Source: Felis catus (taxonomy: Eukaryota). From it: 64,000 nt of DNA. Where the stretch lies: NCBI RefSeq assembly GCF_018350175.1, contig NC_058368.1, positions 183,088,001 through 183,152,000 on the forward strand, read 5' to 3'. The notes beneath the pieces are model-generated. The model saw only the letters and a program-made list of their open reading frames with translations, was not told the DNA's origin and did not search any database. The first letter of the stretch is position 1; each line of letters begins with the position of its first letter. Below, piece after piece: positions 1-12,858 of the stretch. A program made the translations under genes and the position numbers.

Positions 1-439
1 AACCTTAAATATTATTTCAAAAATTATTTATAATGTCTACTTAAACCCAGCTTCTTACTTTTGATTAGGAACTATATATGCTCCTATATAAAATTATGAT
101 GAGGCTCTGAGCTCATTATTTTAAAAGAATCAATTCTTTCATTAAATAAACTACTACTGTTTGACAACTAAGTATCAAAAATACCTTAATTCAAGTAACA
201 TGTAATTGGGTTATTACTGTAAGTTTTAAAACTATTGCACATGTCAAAATAAACTTAAAAAGTTTTAAAAGATAATTCAGTAAGATTTTTAAATATACAT
301 TTCAAACTTCTTTTTTGACAAAAATACACAAAATGATAAGGTACTAAGCAATAAGAAAGAATATGTGAAATAAACAAAGTGCTATTATAACTGTTAAAGA
401 ATGGTTTTAAAACAAGAAAAGAAAAAAAGATGAGCAAAA

Positions 440-960
440 AAGATAAAAAGTTCCTTAACTATAATGGAAATGGATCATATATCAAAATTAATTACAGAAA
501 ACACAATTACTCAAAAATGTATTAAAAAATTAAACTGTATGAATATAAAAATTATTCTAATTTAAAAATGAGATTATTTTGCCCACTTGACAAAGATTGT
601 TAAACTTTGTTATTTTGTTCCCAACAGTTGATGGAAGCATAAAAAGCATAAACTTTTTTTGAAAGCAATTTAATAAATTTATCAAAGTTCAAATTATGAT
701 AATATTCTTTGACTTAGTTATCACACTATTTAGATTACATACTGAAGAAAATAAGCAATACAGAGGACATTTGTTGCACCATTATTTATGCTATTAAAAA
801 TGAACAGCAAACTATTCAGAAAGAGAAAAAATATTTTAAGTTATTTTAATTTATACAATTGGACACTATATAACCATTAGAAGTCACTACCCTCAAAAAA
901 TAGATATACATTACAGTGCTAAATTCAAAAAAAATGCACATGTTATGATTCCCAATTTTA
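440..960 (+). mobile_element. Degenerate L1M(E) 3' fragment
   Basis: Contains the decayed L1 3' motifs GAAAGCAATTT, CTTTGACTTAG and GCACCATTATTTAT. Confidence 0.45.
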
Positions 961-1039
961 TGTTAAAAATTCCAATTTTTAAGCATTTTAAATGGCTGCT
1001 AATAAATATGTCAAAGCATATTGTTAATTGAGTATATGT

Positions 1040-1463
1040 GGTTTTCTTTTGTAAATATTATCACATTAAGAAAATTCCCCTACCCTAAGCATAGAATTTA
1101 TGAAATCCCCGAAACCAACTTAGACTTCTCCCAGGCCGTACATCAGAAAATAAGGAGTTACTATCATGACCTCTAACACTATAAATTAGTTTTACCTGTT
1201 TTCAAATTTCATACAAATGGAACAGTGTGATATTACTCTTTGGGACTTCGGCTAAATATCACGTTCATGAATGAAATGTATCCATGTTGGGGTATGAAAT
1301 TTTCAATAAAGCATTTTCATTGCTTTATTGTATTTCATTCTGTGAATGCACTATAGTACATTTATATCAATTCTACTGTTGATGAACATTTGGGTAGTTT
1401 CCAGTTTTAGTTATTACTGATAGTGCTGCTATGAAGATTCTCAATGTTCATGTCTTACAGAGG

Positions 1464-1513
<50 letters not shown>

Positions 1514-1800
1514 CTGTTGGGCATAGTTTTAGGAGTGGATGTGTAGAACCATAGAGTATGGCTATGATCAGCTTTACTAAATACTGCTAACAAGTTTTCA
1601 AAGTGTTTTTCACCAATTTATACTACCACCAGCAGGATTCTTGTTTCTTTACATCCTCGTCAAAATTTGACATTTATTTTTTGTCTTTTTTATTCTTTTT
1701 TATTTTATCTCAGTTTAGTTTAGTTCAGCCATTCTAAGGGGCATGTAGAGGTATTTGTTTTGTTTTGTTTTAATTAGCATATTTTTTATGATTAGAGAAG
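1040..1800 (-). mobile_element. L1M(C/E) 3'UTR fragment
   Basis: TTCTACTGTTGATGAACATTTGGGTAGTTTCCAGTTT and CCAATTTATACTACCACCAGCAG are typical antisense L1M 3' sequence. Confidence 0.75.
1468..1511. repeat. (TA)n microsatellite
   Basis: Read directly from the sequence. Confidence 0.98.
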
Positions 1801-2400
1801 TGGGATTATATGTGATTTCAATTTTCTTCCTTATACTGTTTTGTAATTTTAAATATCTCTATGAACAAATATAAATCCAAAACCAAATGAAAATTTCTAA
1901 ACAAATGTGCATGTATTGCTTTGTACCATATCATTTTTCTAAAATCAACTGTTGGTTTTATATTTTATCTCAGAAATAAGATTACAACTTCAAAAACAAG
2001 GATAATACTTCTTATTGCATTCCATATAATTTGGAACAGAATATTTGAATTTGGAAATGTCAGTTAACAAGATAATTTTTTTAATTTATTTTTCCTTATT
2101 ATGTGAAAGCGTAGGCTTGATATAATTTATTTCTTATGGCAGAAAGAAATAAGTAGACTGAATGTTTTCCTCCTGCTAATTCAATTCAAACTGTGAGTCT
2201 TGCCATAATATTATGTAAATGTATATTCCAATGCATACCTTTTTCTGTTCATACATATTTACTATAAACATATACAACCACTTCAATGGAAAATATATGA
2301 ATTTTCTAAATGAATAAATACTATGAACTATTATAAAATGTCTACATAACTTATTTTATTAAATGTTCTTCAATGATATCAACTATATAAAACTTGTTTA

Positions 2401-2583
2401 TGGGTGCCTGGGTGGCTCAGTTGGTTAAGTGTCCGACTTTGGCTGAGGAAGTGGGTTCAGAAGTTTGAGCCCGGTGTTGGGCTCTGTGCTGACAGCTCAG
2501 AGCCTAGAGTCTGCTTTAGATTCTATATGTCCATCTCTCTCTGCCCCTCCCTTACTTGTGCTCTGTCTGTCCCTCTCAAAAAA

Positions 2584-2622
<39 letters not shown>

Positions 2623-2644
2623 ATATTAAAAAATTAAAAAATAC
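2401..2644 (+). mobile_element. CanSINE (SINEC_Fc)
   Basis: tRNA-like head GGGTGCCTGGGTGGCTCAGTTGGTTAAG, CT-rich region, (TAAA)n tail, TSD AACTTGTTTA. Confidence 0.95.
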
Positions 2645-5235
2645 AACTTGTTTAGCATATAATATAATCAAACAAGTTTAGACTAAATATCTCCCTGGCA
2701 AACCCCTCCATAATAATGCTTAGGTAATGTTGAGTCACACTACTTCTAAATCATTTGGGTTCTAACACTTCTCACTAACAAAGATCTCTGCCTGACGGAA
2801 TCATTTCTGGAATTATGGGAGAGAGCAGGCTCTTCCACCTTCCTAAATCATGGATATATTTGACTAAAAAGCTGTCATTGTTCTATACTTTCTCTCAGGG
2901 TACAGATTGCTGGTCTCAGTAAAATATCAAGTTTTCATAGGTTGGGAGGTGAGAAGAAGAAAAATGCAAGGAGATTATTCATTTTCTTCATTGGTATTTA
3001 ACTATAAAACTTGTTAGTAGAAAGATGGAAATTGTTTTTAGTGTAGAAAAGCTGTTTCTGAGAAATAGAGTGAAAGAAACTCTACTTACTGCAAAGGACA
3101 CATGAAAATGTCAGCAAGTCTAAGCGAATATTCACAAAGCTTAAATTAGTGGGTCTGATTCCTTGTAAGAATTACCTTGATCTTATCCCTAAAAGAAGAT
3201 CTGTTCAATAAGAGATATCTCCTCTTATCCTTTAGAATGGCACTTTGGAGACATTAGAAGACATGTATTTATATATATTTTAAGGTGGGGGTTACTTGCT
3301 TAAGGAAGAAAAGCATCAGTGTGTGTAGAAGGATGTCTGATACATAAGTTATGAAGCAAATGAGAAAATTATGAAACATTTTTCCTATAAATCATAAGAA
3401 CCTTTTAGAATCTAAATCTGATTTAAGAAGGTAAACGTGTTGTCATAAGGTGTTTTGAATGACATTATTAAATGTCGTAAACTGAAGATTAACTTTCCTT
3501 AGTATAAATTTGCTTGTATTTGAACAGCAAAGATTCTAAATAATCCCCCAAAAGACTGGATAGAAGTCTGCGGCTTGTATAAGCCTTTTACCCTTCTTTA
3601 ATGTGAAAGTAAACTGGAAAAGCTGTTATATCTAAGAAAAGGGTAATCAAGAAAAATATCATTAAAGTGTATTTGAGATTAACTGTTACATGAAAGAGCT
3701 AGTCTGATACCTTATACAAGTAACTGGATTTTGTTTTCCAGTGTATGCTGATTGACTCAACGGTCAGAACAGACTGAATTGTATTTTTGTAAGGCTCTTC
3801 AACAGGCAGCCAAATAAATAGCTTTTCCCCCGCTGCATGGTTTGCTGTTTGCTTAAGCAAAAATCCAATTTCTGGAGAGGACTCCACAAGGGCTAAATTC
3901 CCTGCCATTTACAAGTGTCCCATTAGAGTAGCTTTCTATATGGAAATAACATTCCAAGACAAGGAGAGAAACGTTAGGTCTGAGGTCTGCTGTTCCTGAT
4001 GTGTTTTATTATTTCTTTTTCATTTGAAGAGTAGAGCTGTTCTCCCAGGAGAAAGAAGGAGAAAGAGAGAGTCCTGTTTGAATACAAATGTCTCAAGAAA
4101 GTGGAGCTTCTTTTAAAAGTGAAATCTCTCCTTTTTTTTTTTTTTTTTTTGGTATGCATCAAGGACAAGGGTAGAACTGACAGCTTCACACTCAAGCTGC
4201 CTCTCATTAAAAGACTTTTTTAATTAAGAATTCAAAGGAAAAAAATCCAAGTGGAGTAGCATATATTAGAGATGGTGAGGCTTAGGTTTGATTACTGTTT
4301 CCTTTGGTACATCTGGAAGGAGCTTTTATTTGAAGGCAATTAACGATTAAAATGGGACAACCTATATGGCTGGTTTACAGGATACCATATAAAGGCTTGG
4401 TAGTTTCACGATAGGTTTTTTTTTTTTTTTTTTTTTTTTTTCTAGAAGGTGCTAAATATACATTTTATGAAGGTTTGAAGAATTTCAGGAATATTTTTTT
4501 AGCTATCAAAACTAGTGCCACTGATGTTAATAAAATTTTAATTGATTATTCTAAAACAAATCATTGGGGTATAAAATCTCTGTAATGGATTCAAATGTCT
4601 AATCTAATGTACACTTGGTTTTTAAACAATCGATGTACAGTTCTGGCAAACAAATAGCCACGCACCTTTACATTAGTGGCTTCAATGTAATGATTCAATT
4701 TAAAGAAATGAACACAGATTTAGTAATATAATGTGGCTATTTAAATGAATTTACAAAACAAACACAGGGAAAATGTCTTAGAAAATGTAATTGTATTACA
4801 ATGCTAGCTTGCGTGAAATAAATAAATGTCTATTGACTTAGCTGTTATATGTACTGTAGACACTGAAAGATAAAATGGTGTTAACTATGAACACTTCACT
4901 AAAAGAAAAGTTTAAAGTATCCCCATGAGGTCAAGATGATTGTTTACCAAATGTCCTTTTCATATAGCTCAGGAGTGGTTGTGTTTGTTTATCCATGATC
5001 ATCAGGGCTCTACTTTAATATTAACAAGGGTCATGAAAAATAATAAGTCAAGTAAAGCCTCAGTAATATACAACCTCTTGGAAACAAATTGTATCTAGTT
5101 AAATAACAAGCTTGATTTTTTTTTTTTCAAAATCCCGTTAGTCTGACTTCATATCAGAAAATAACATCAGAGTGAAACAACTTTAACTGGAAGCCTTGAT
5201 TTAGCGTGAAGAGAAGCGTTTTACTACTTCTTTGA

Positions 5236-5450
5236 ATTTTTTTTATAATGTTTGTTTATTTTTGAGAGAGAGAGACAGAGTGTGAGTGGGGAAGGGGCAG
5301 AGAGACAGGGATACACAGAATTCACAGCAGGCTCCTGGCTCTGAGCTGTCAGCACACAGCCCGAAACGAACGGGGCTCGAACTCACCAACTGTGAGATCA
5401 TGACTGATCTGAAGTCCGACGCTTAACCGACTGAGCCACCCAGGAGCCCC
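5236..5450 (-). mobile_element. CanSINE (SINEC_Fc)
   Basis: Ends CTGAGCCACCCAGGAGCCCC on the plus strand. No clear TSD. Confidence 0.95.
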
Positions 5451-7369
5451 AAGAATATCACAATTCACACTTGGAAGAAAGTAAGAAAGACACAAGATCT
5501 AAGACACTTAAAAGAACCTGATGATTACAGAACGCTAGTACTTTGACTTTGCCCAGATCTTTATACATATTTGACCGAGGCAGGACTTATTAGAAGAATG
5601 TGAAACAGAGAACAAAACTTTAGACTAAGGGCAAGTTCTATGATGGTGGGTCATTTGCCCCATTCCTTTACTTTTTAATTTCCTTCTCTGTAAAAGTACA
5701 GGATTTGGACGAAGTTTTCATTAAGTTCATTTGACCTTCCAAATGGTGATCCTGTATGATTTACATGTAGGGCTTTCTAGAAATTCCTTTTTTCATGCAT
5801 TAAACACTCCTGCATTTGATCACCTTTTCTGATGTACTCATGTCACAAAACAAACCTGTTTTATGTACTCATATCATAATACAAATCTTTTGTATCTCCC
5901 TACAAGATGTTGGTATCAAGAAGACAGGAATTTGCTCAAGATAGATTTGCTTACTTACAACATCAAGTGATTGTTCATGTTTCAAAGCAGAGGATTTAGG
6001 GGATTTTCATTGTCTAGATGGTAGAACTGAATTTTTCAAAGAAGCCAAAGTTTTGCTCATATTTCCTTCACTTGCTGATGTATAGTTATATTAAAGATGC
6101 AGTACACATCATACATTGAATTATTCCATGTTCTTAACTTACCAGTTGAGCTGATGAATTATGTCACTAGAGGTCAAGATAATATTTTAAGGTGCTAAAT
6201 GCGTTTATTTAAAAAAGGAATAAAGCACTTCATTTAAATTAGATAAAAAAATGTTATTCAGAATTATTTGCAGGTGTCGGGAAAACAAACACAAACACAC
6301 TACCTTACACAGTCACATTCTTTCCTGGCACTAGGACTTTGAATTTAATTTTTGAGAAGACTCTCTCATCATTGAACAACTACTGAGCCAGAAGCCTTTT
6401 GCTTTTTGATGACATTTTAAGGTGAAACCATCAACGTGCATGTGTGGTTCTGGCCACTTAATGTTAAAAGGCAAAAAGAAACAACACTTACCATTTTGTT
6501 TCTTGATTCAAAATTTAAATTGAGTAGCTGGGAAAAATGATATAATCTGCAATGAATTCCCAATCATCCAAAGACTATTATCATACCTTTGTTATCACTG
6601 AGGGCTGGGTGCACTTTTGACCAGCTTCTTTAGAATGAGAAAGTTTCCACTGGAGCTGTTTCCTCAAGGCCAGCAGCTGAAATAAGAAAGCAAGATCTTG
6701 CAGACATTCTCATTTGGCAACATTTTGCCTCTTTCTGAGAACCTGGCAGTATTTGGCTTGTCTCAGAAGGTGAAGAGGGATCTGAACAAACACAGGTTAG
6801 ATTTTTGGTCTTCTCCTTCTAGTAAGGAAACAAGAAAAAATTCACTCAAGTAAAGCATAAGAGATCCATGTCATCACCTCTGGATTCAACTTGAAAAGAA
6901 TTCTTTAAAGCATCCATAAAAGACAAATGCAAACAAACTAGCCTACTCTATATAATAGTTTATTATTTCCATCATTTGCTTATTCTTTCAATTATATTTT
7001 GTTGCCAATGACCATGTGCCTATCTTTTCTTAATTATTTCAGAAATATTTAAATTTACTTTATATATATATCATTTATATGTTAATGATTAAAAGGATCT
7101 TAGGGGATTTATGTTTACAGGATTTAGTACTCTCAAATTCTATAGAAGCAAATTATAATTTTATAATAAAATTCATATAATTGAAAATCTTTAAGATTAT
7201 TGATGTGAATGAGGTTTGCATATGTGGGTAACTTTTCATCACAAGTGCAAATTTTGTACACAAGGAACTATTCAAATGAACCTCTGCAGACAACTGAACA
7301 CTGTCACTGTAAATGTAGGCTCTATTTCTGCGTACCTGTTGAATCTATGTCTCTTTTACCTAAAACTAC

Positions 7370-7890
7370 TTATTAGACATACCCCTGGGTTCTCCCTTAT
7401 TACCCACATCCACTGCCCCTATGTCTCCTGCTTCAAGCTTATCCTAAAACTTCTGTTGAATGAATAGTGTACATTTCCTTATCAGCCTTGGCCACAATCC
7501 ACTGGATTAACAGTGGCCACTTCACCTAAACTGGATCATATTCTGTCTACATTCAGAGTTGGAATGAAGAGGTTCTGTGTAGTGACAAGAGTCTCTGCTT
7601 CCCTAAAACTAGAGAACCAACACAGAGAAAGCCAATGTGTAAAAGTGAAGTGAGCACACGTCCACAGGAAAGTAGACGCAGAAGTGCTTATAGCACTGGG
7701 GAGGCAAGATACTTTTCCGCCATTCCAGTTCTTCGTTCATTCCTTTTTGAAGGAAGAACTATATACTTCCTCACATTTGATTTGACGGTCTATATTCTGG
7801 TAAATTCTGCTTTTTGTCTTTTTCTTTCAATACAACCTAGTCTGATGGAAGTATCTGTCACTTGTAACCAAAAACATATCATAATATACC
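7370..7890 (+). mobile_element. MaLR LTR (MLT1-like), degenerate
   Basis: The 3' motif TCTGTCACTTGTAACCAAAAACAT is typical of MLT1 ends. The left boundary is uncertain. Confidence 0.55.
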
Positions 7891-9572
7891 AGACAAGACA
7901 ATAAAAAATCTGACTACCCTCAAGAAAAGAGATAATAAGCAAAATAATTACACCAAGCAAGTTTCAAAAGAGGAATGGAATTGCAAACTAGAGTGCACTT
8001 TACCATGATATTGGGATGTCGAGCCCAATACTTTCTTAATTAAATAATATTTACTTTAAAAGCTCAAGGGATATCCTGAGCTGAATCCAAGTGCATCTCT
8101 ACCACTTCTGACCTTTGCCTTCTAAGAAAATGGTTTGGATACTTACTTCTGAGACTTCCAGTTTGAATCAGATTCCTACTTTAATACTCATGCTTCGAAA
8201 ACTTTGAGATAACTCAAAATAGATGTATTAAAAAGTGTGTTCTGAGATAGTACATGTCATCTCAGAGTTCTGGATTTTATGCTTAAGGCAAGAATAATAA
8301 ATATAGAATTGCATTAATCTTGTTCAAAGAACTTTCTGCAGCATCTCCTTCTAACAATTGTATTTTTATACCAAAGTCAAGTTTAAATCATTTTTTTAAA
8401 AATTAAGAGGCAAAGGAGACTTAATCCCTTACAGATCCAGGAGATATAATGATGTTAGTTTAGTTTATTTAGGGGAAATTTTAATCTTTAAAATAAGAAC
8501 TAAGAGAAAAAAACTCAGTCCTGCCTCAAAACTTTTAGACAATTCTAAATTTTAAAAGCATACACATGTTCACTTATTAACAAAAATGTATATTCTCATT
8601 AACCCAACAATATGGCCAATTTTCATTATGTTAGTGATGTGATTTATATGGACATTTGTGTATTATTATTCACATATACCTACATCATTCTTTGTTAAGT
8701 TTTTGATAAAGTGCTAACATTAAATTAGTACTGTCAAGAATTTCAGTAAATACGTCAAAGTTGTTTTGTGACTTATTTTAAGAATAAATTTTACCTCTAT
8801 GTAAATTATCCTTGTTTCTCTCTCTGGCTGTCAATTCAATGAACATTTTAGTAATATATTAAAAAAGTGATATTTCAAGTGCCATTAAAGATTCTGATCA
8901 ACAATGTGCCATCGGCAAATCTAGAAGTTAACACTTGAATTAGTAGAAATATTCAGTTTTTTCTTTCCTGCTAACCTTCCCCTGTCCTATCAGATTGACA
9001 TGTGTCATGATTCAGTTTCCACATTAAACTTTCTTATTTCTACCAAAATTTACTATAGCTGATGTACAAATTTTATTTTACATTTGTGTGGTTAGCCAAA
9101 ATCTCTTAGACACACCTTTAGAATAAAACTTCAAACATGACTGTTTGATAACTGCCTATCACTTTATAATTTTATTGAAACTACATGGGGCAAAATGTGT
9201 CACAGAATATAACTAGTGTGTTAACACAAAACTAAAAATAGTAGATGCTCATCTCAAAAGATGCAGAAAAAGCATTTGACAAAATACAACATTTGCTCAT
9301 GTTTAAAAACTCTTAACAAAGTAGGTTTAGAGGGAATATACATCCACATAATAAAGTCTATCTATGAAGAACCCACCACTAACATCATACTCATTAGAGA
9401 AAAACTGAAAACTTTTCCCCTAAGATCAGAAACAGGACAGAAATTTCGATTCTCACCACTTTTATTCAATGTAGTACTGAAAGTGCCAGCTACAGCAATC
9501 AAACAAGACAAAGAAATCAAAGGCATCCAAATGGATAAGGGAGAACTGTCACAATCTGCAGATGACACAATA

Positions 9573-9640
9573 GTGTGTATGTGTATATATATATGTATGT
9601 ATATATATGTATATATGTACATATATATGTACATATATAT
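9573..9640. repeat. (TA/TG)n compound microsatellite within L1 ORF2
   Basis: Read directly from the sequence. Confidence 0.95.
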
Positions 9641-9877
9641 AAAGCCTTAAAGATTGCACCAAAAAGCTATTAAAGCTGATAAATGAATTCATTGAAATTT
9701 CAGACACAAAATAAATATACAGAATTATATTTATATAAACTAATAATAAAGAAGCAGAAAGAGAAATCAAGAAAGAAACCACATTTATAATTGTGCCAAA
9801 AAGAAGAAAATACCTAGGAAAACAAAAATAACCAAGGAGACGAAAGACCTATACTCTCAAAACTATAGGACATTTAT

Positions 9878-10102
9878 GGGGCGCCTGGGTGGCACAGTCG
9901 GTTAAGCGTCCGACTTCAGCCAGGTCACGATCTCGCTGTCCGTGAGTTCGAGCCCTGCGTCGGGCTCTGGGCTGATGGCTCAGAGCCTGGAGCCTGCTTC
10001 CGATTCTGTGTCTCCCTCTCTCTCTGCCCCTCCCCCGTTCATGCTCTGTCTCTCTCTGTCCCAAAAATAAATAAACGTTGAAAAAAAAAATAAAAAAAAA
10101 AA
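9878..10102 (+). mobile_element. Young felid CanSINE inside the L1 fragment
   Basis: CpG-intact with a long A-tail. Perfect 19-bp TSD AAAACTATAGGACATTTAT (9859-9877, 10103-10121). Confidence 0.97.
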
Positions 10103-11054
10103 AAAACTATAGGACATTTATGAAAGAAATTCAAGATGACACAAACAAGTGGAAAGATCATGCTGTGGATCAGAAGAATTAATATCATTAAAATGTTCAC
10201 ACTATCCAAAGGAATCTACAGACTCAGTACAAAATAATATTAACAAAATATGAATACCATTTTTCACAGAACTAGAACAAATCATCTAAACTTTGTATGG
10301 AACCACAAAAGATTCCAAAGAGCCCCAGAAATCTTTAGCAAGAAGAATATAGCTGGAGGTATCACATTCCCAGACTTCAAGATACACTACAAAGCTATAG
10401 TAATCAAAACCTTATGGTACTGGCACAAAAACAGACACACTGATCAACAAAACAGGATAGATTACCCAAACATAAACTGATATACATATATGGTCAATTT
10501 ATCTATGTCAAAGGAAGCAAGGGTATAGAATGGGGAAAAGACAGTCTTTTCAATAAATGGTGCTGAGAAAAACTGGACAACCACATGCAAAAGAATGAAA
10601 TTGGGCCACTTTGCTATATCACACACAAAAATAACCTCAAAATAGATTGCAGATTTAAATATAAGACCTGAAACCATAAAATTCCTGAAAGAAAACATAG
10701 GCAGCAATTTCTCTGTTTGTATTTAAAATTACTGGTGTTCTTGGAAGATCATGCATGCCATATCTTGCTTAGTCACTTCAGTTTATTCCTAAAAACTCTC
10801 TTGCTACATGAAAGTCATCATGTGAAAACATATGTCCCTTTAATCGTAATGAGAAAAAATTATGATGCAGTCCAAACTAACCCAAGATACACAATATTTA
10901 CAGGTAGAAAAATATATCAATTAGCAATAAAAAAAAGTTCATACAAATGATGAGTAACAGTTTGAAAACAAACACTAGTTTGTACACAGTACATATAGTG
11001 TACTCTTCAAAGCAGGAGAGTGGCAGGTGACTGGCAAAAATGTGTACAAGGGAT

Positions 11055-11262
11055 GGGGTGCCTGGGTGGCTCAGTCAGGTAAGTGTCCAGCTCTTGATTT
11101 CAGCTCAGTCACGATCTCACGGTTTGTGAGATCAAGCCCCACATCAACCTCTATGCTGACAGTGTAGACACTGCTTGGGATTTCTCTCTCTCCCTCGCCC
11201 CACCCCTGCTTGCACTCTCTCTTTCTCTCAAAATAAATAAACATTTTTTTAAACATTAAAAC
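11055..11262 (+). mobile_element. CanSINE (older subfamily)
   Basis: GGGGTGCCTGGGTGGCTCAG head and a degenerate TSD (…TGTACAAGGGA / …TGTATAAGGGA). Confidence 0.93.
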
Positions 11263-12689
11263 ATATGTATAAGGGAGAAATTCCTTGAAAAATAAATTCA
11301 TTCTTTTTGATATATTTTCACCAATTTTACTGACTTTAGTCAATCATCTTGCACTCAACCTGTATTTAAATATACAGCTAAGGCACTTTTGGAGCAAAAT
11401 TAAGGACAAACATGAGGACACTTCAAAGGAAGTATAAAAAACATAAATGAATAACAAATAAGTATTTATAGAAGATGCTACCTCCACATCTTTCTTGCTA
11501 ATCATACACAGACAATGAGAAAAATGTTAGGATCACTCAAACTTGAATGGTGCACAATTCAATTTTGTTCCATATGATATGCTCTGAATTCACTCCCTTA
11601 GAATTTCATTATTGAAACAATGAATCCAATATATTGTATGCCTTCTACTATCCAATCTTTATATTAGATGAAGAGTACAACATTATGACCATTAGAATAA
11701 AAATATTTGGTATAACATAATTCTAATAAAATTCCAAAAGCCAAACTAAATCTCAATTTTACCTCAAGCTTTCATGACCCTTTCTGAAATCCAATGATTT
11801 TTAGTGCAATTTTTAAAAAACAAAAATTTTTTTAAAAAGCAGAAAGTATAAGTTTGTAGCACAATGGATTTTTGCAAAATAAGGAAAGTTCTCTGACTAG
11901 CACCAAAACAAGAAACAATATCATTGGAACTCCAGAAGTGTTCTCACGCCCCTTTACTAATTGCCTCCTCCAAGATAACTGCCATGTTGACTTCTCATAC
12001 TGTAGATAGTATGGACTTAATAAAAGTATAATGATACAGTTCATATAAGTAAGAAGTACATATGTCTTCTTTCACTTAAAAATATCTTTGTAAGATCATC
12101 CACATATTGATGCATTTTCTATTCTACTGTGTGCATTTTCCCCTCAGTTTTGGGCTACTATGCAGACATTTGCTATTAATGTTCATGTACAAGTATTCAT
12201 TGTAATTCATGTCAATAAGTTTTCATTTCTTCTGACTAAATAAATACCTAGGTGGCTGGATTAACTGATAAGAATATATTTAAATTAATAATAAATAAAC
12301 TGTTTTCCAAAGTGGATGCAGTGTACCTTTTCTAGTACTTGGTACTGATTCAAGTTGCTAATATTTTAGGGATTTTCACATGAATATTCATAAAAGATAC
12401 TGTGTTTTTTTTTAATTTTTTGTAATGTTCTTGACTGATTTCAACATCATGATCCGGGTGAGATGCAAAGTATTTCCTCTTTTCTCTATTTCTGGAAAAA
12501 AAAAAATGTAGTATTGGTATTATGTGTTTCTTACATACCTCTGGGTCTGGCCTTGTCTCTGTGAGAAAATTCTTAATTTTAAATACAAATCTAAATTCTT
12601 CAATAGATACAAGGCTATTCACATTTTTTATTCCTTTCAGTGTCAGTTTTGATAATATATATAGTTCAGTTTAATTATTCATGTAATCA

Positions 12690-12858
12690 GGGGTGCCTGG
12701 GTGGCTCAGTTGGTTAAGCATCCAACTCTTGATTTTGAGTCAGGTCATGATCTCACATTTCATGGGATTATGCCCCATGTGGCACAGAGCCTGCTTGGGA
12801 TTCTCTCTCTCCCTCTCTCTCTGCCCCTCCCATTTTCAAATTAAATAAACATTTAAAA
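12690..12858 (+). mobile_element. CanSINE, internally deleted
   Basis: Head and tail present. TSD AATTATTCA(T/G)GTAATCA. Confidence 0.93.

Larger units (their letters stand above)
9240..10715 (+). mobile_element. Older carnivore L1 ORF2 fragment (RT to C-terminal part), truncated at both ends
   Basis: ORFs 9261-9650 (…[10 protein letters not shown]…SADD) and 10250-10480 ([31 protein letters not shown]) are homologous to about 32620-33810 of the full-length L1. Confidence 0.93.

Noticed and set aside
9878..9960. tRNA-like A/B boxes (here and in other SINE heads)
   Set aside because: These are tRNA-derived CanSINE heads followed by a CT-rich body and A-tail, not tRNA genes.
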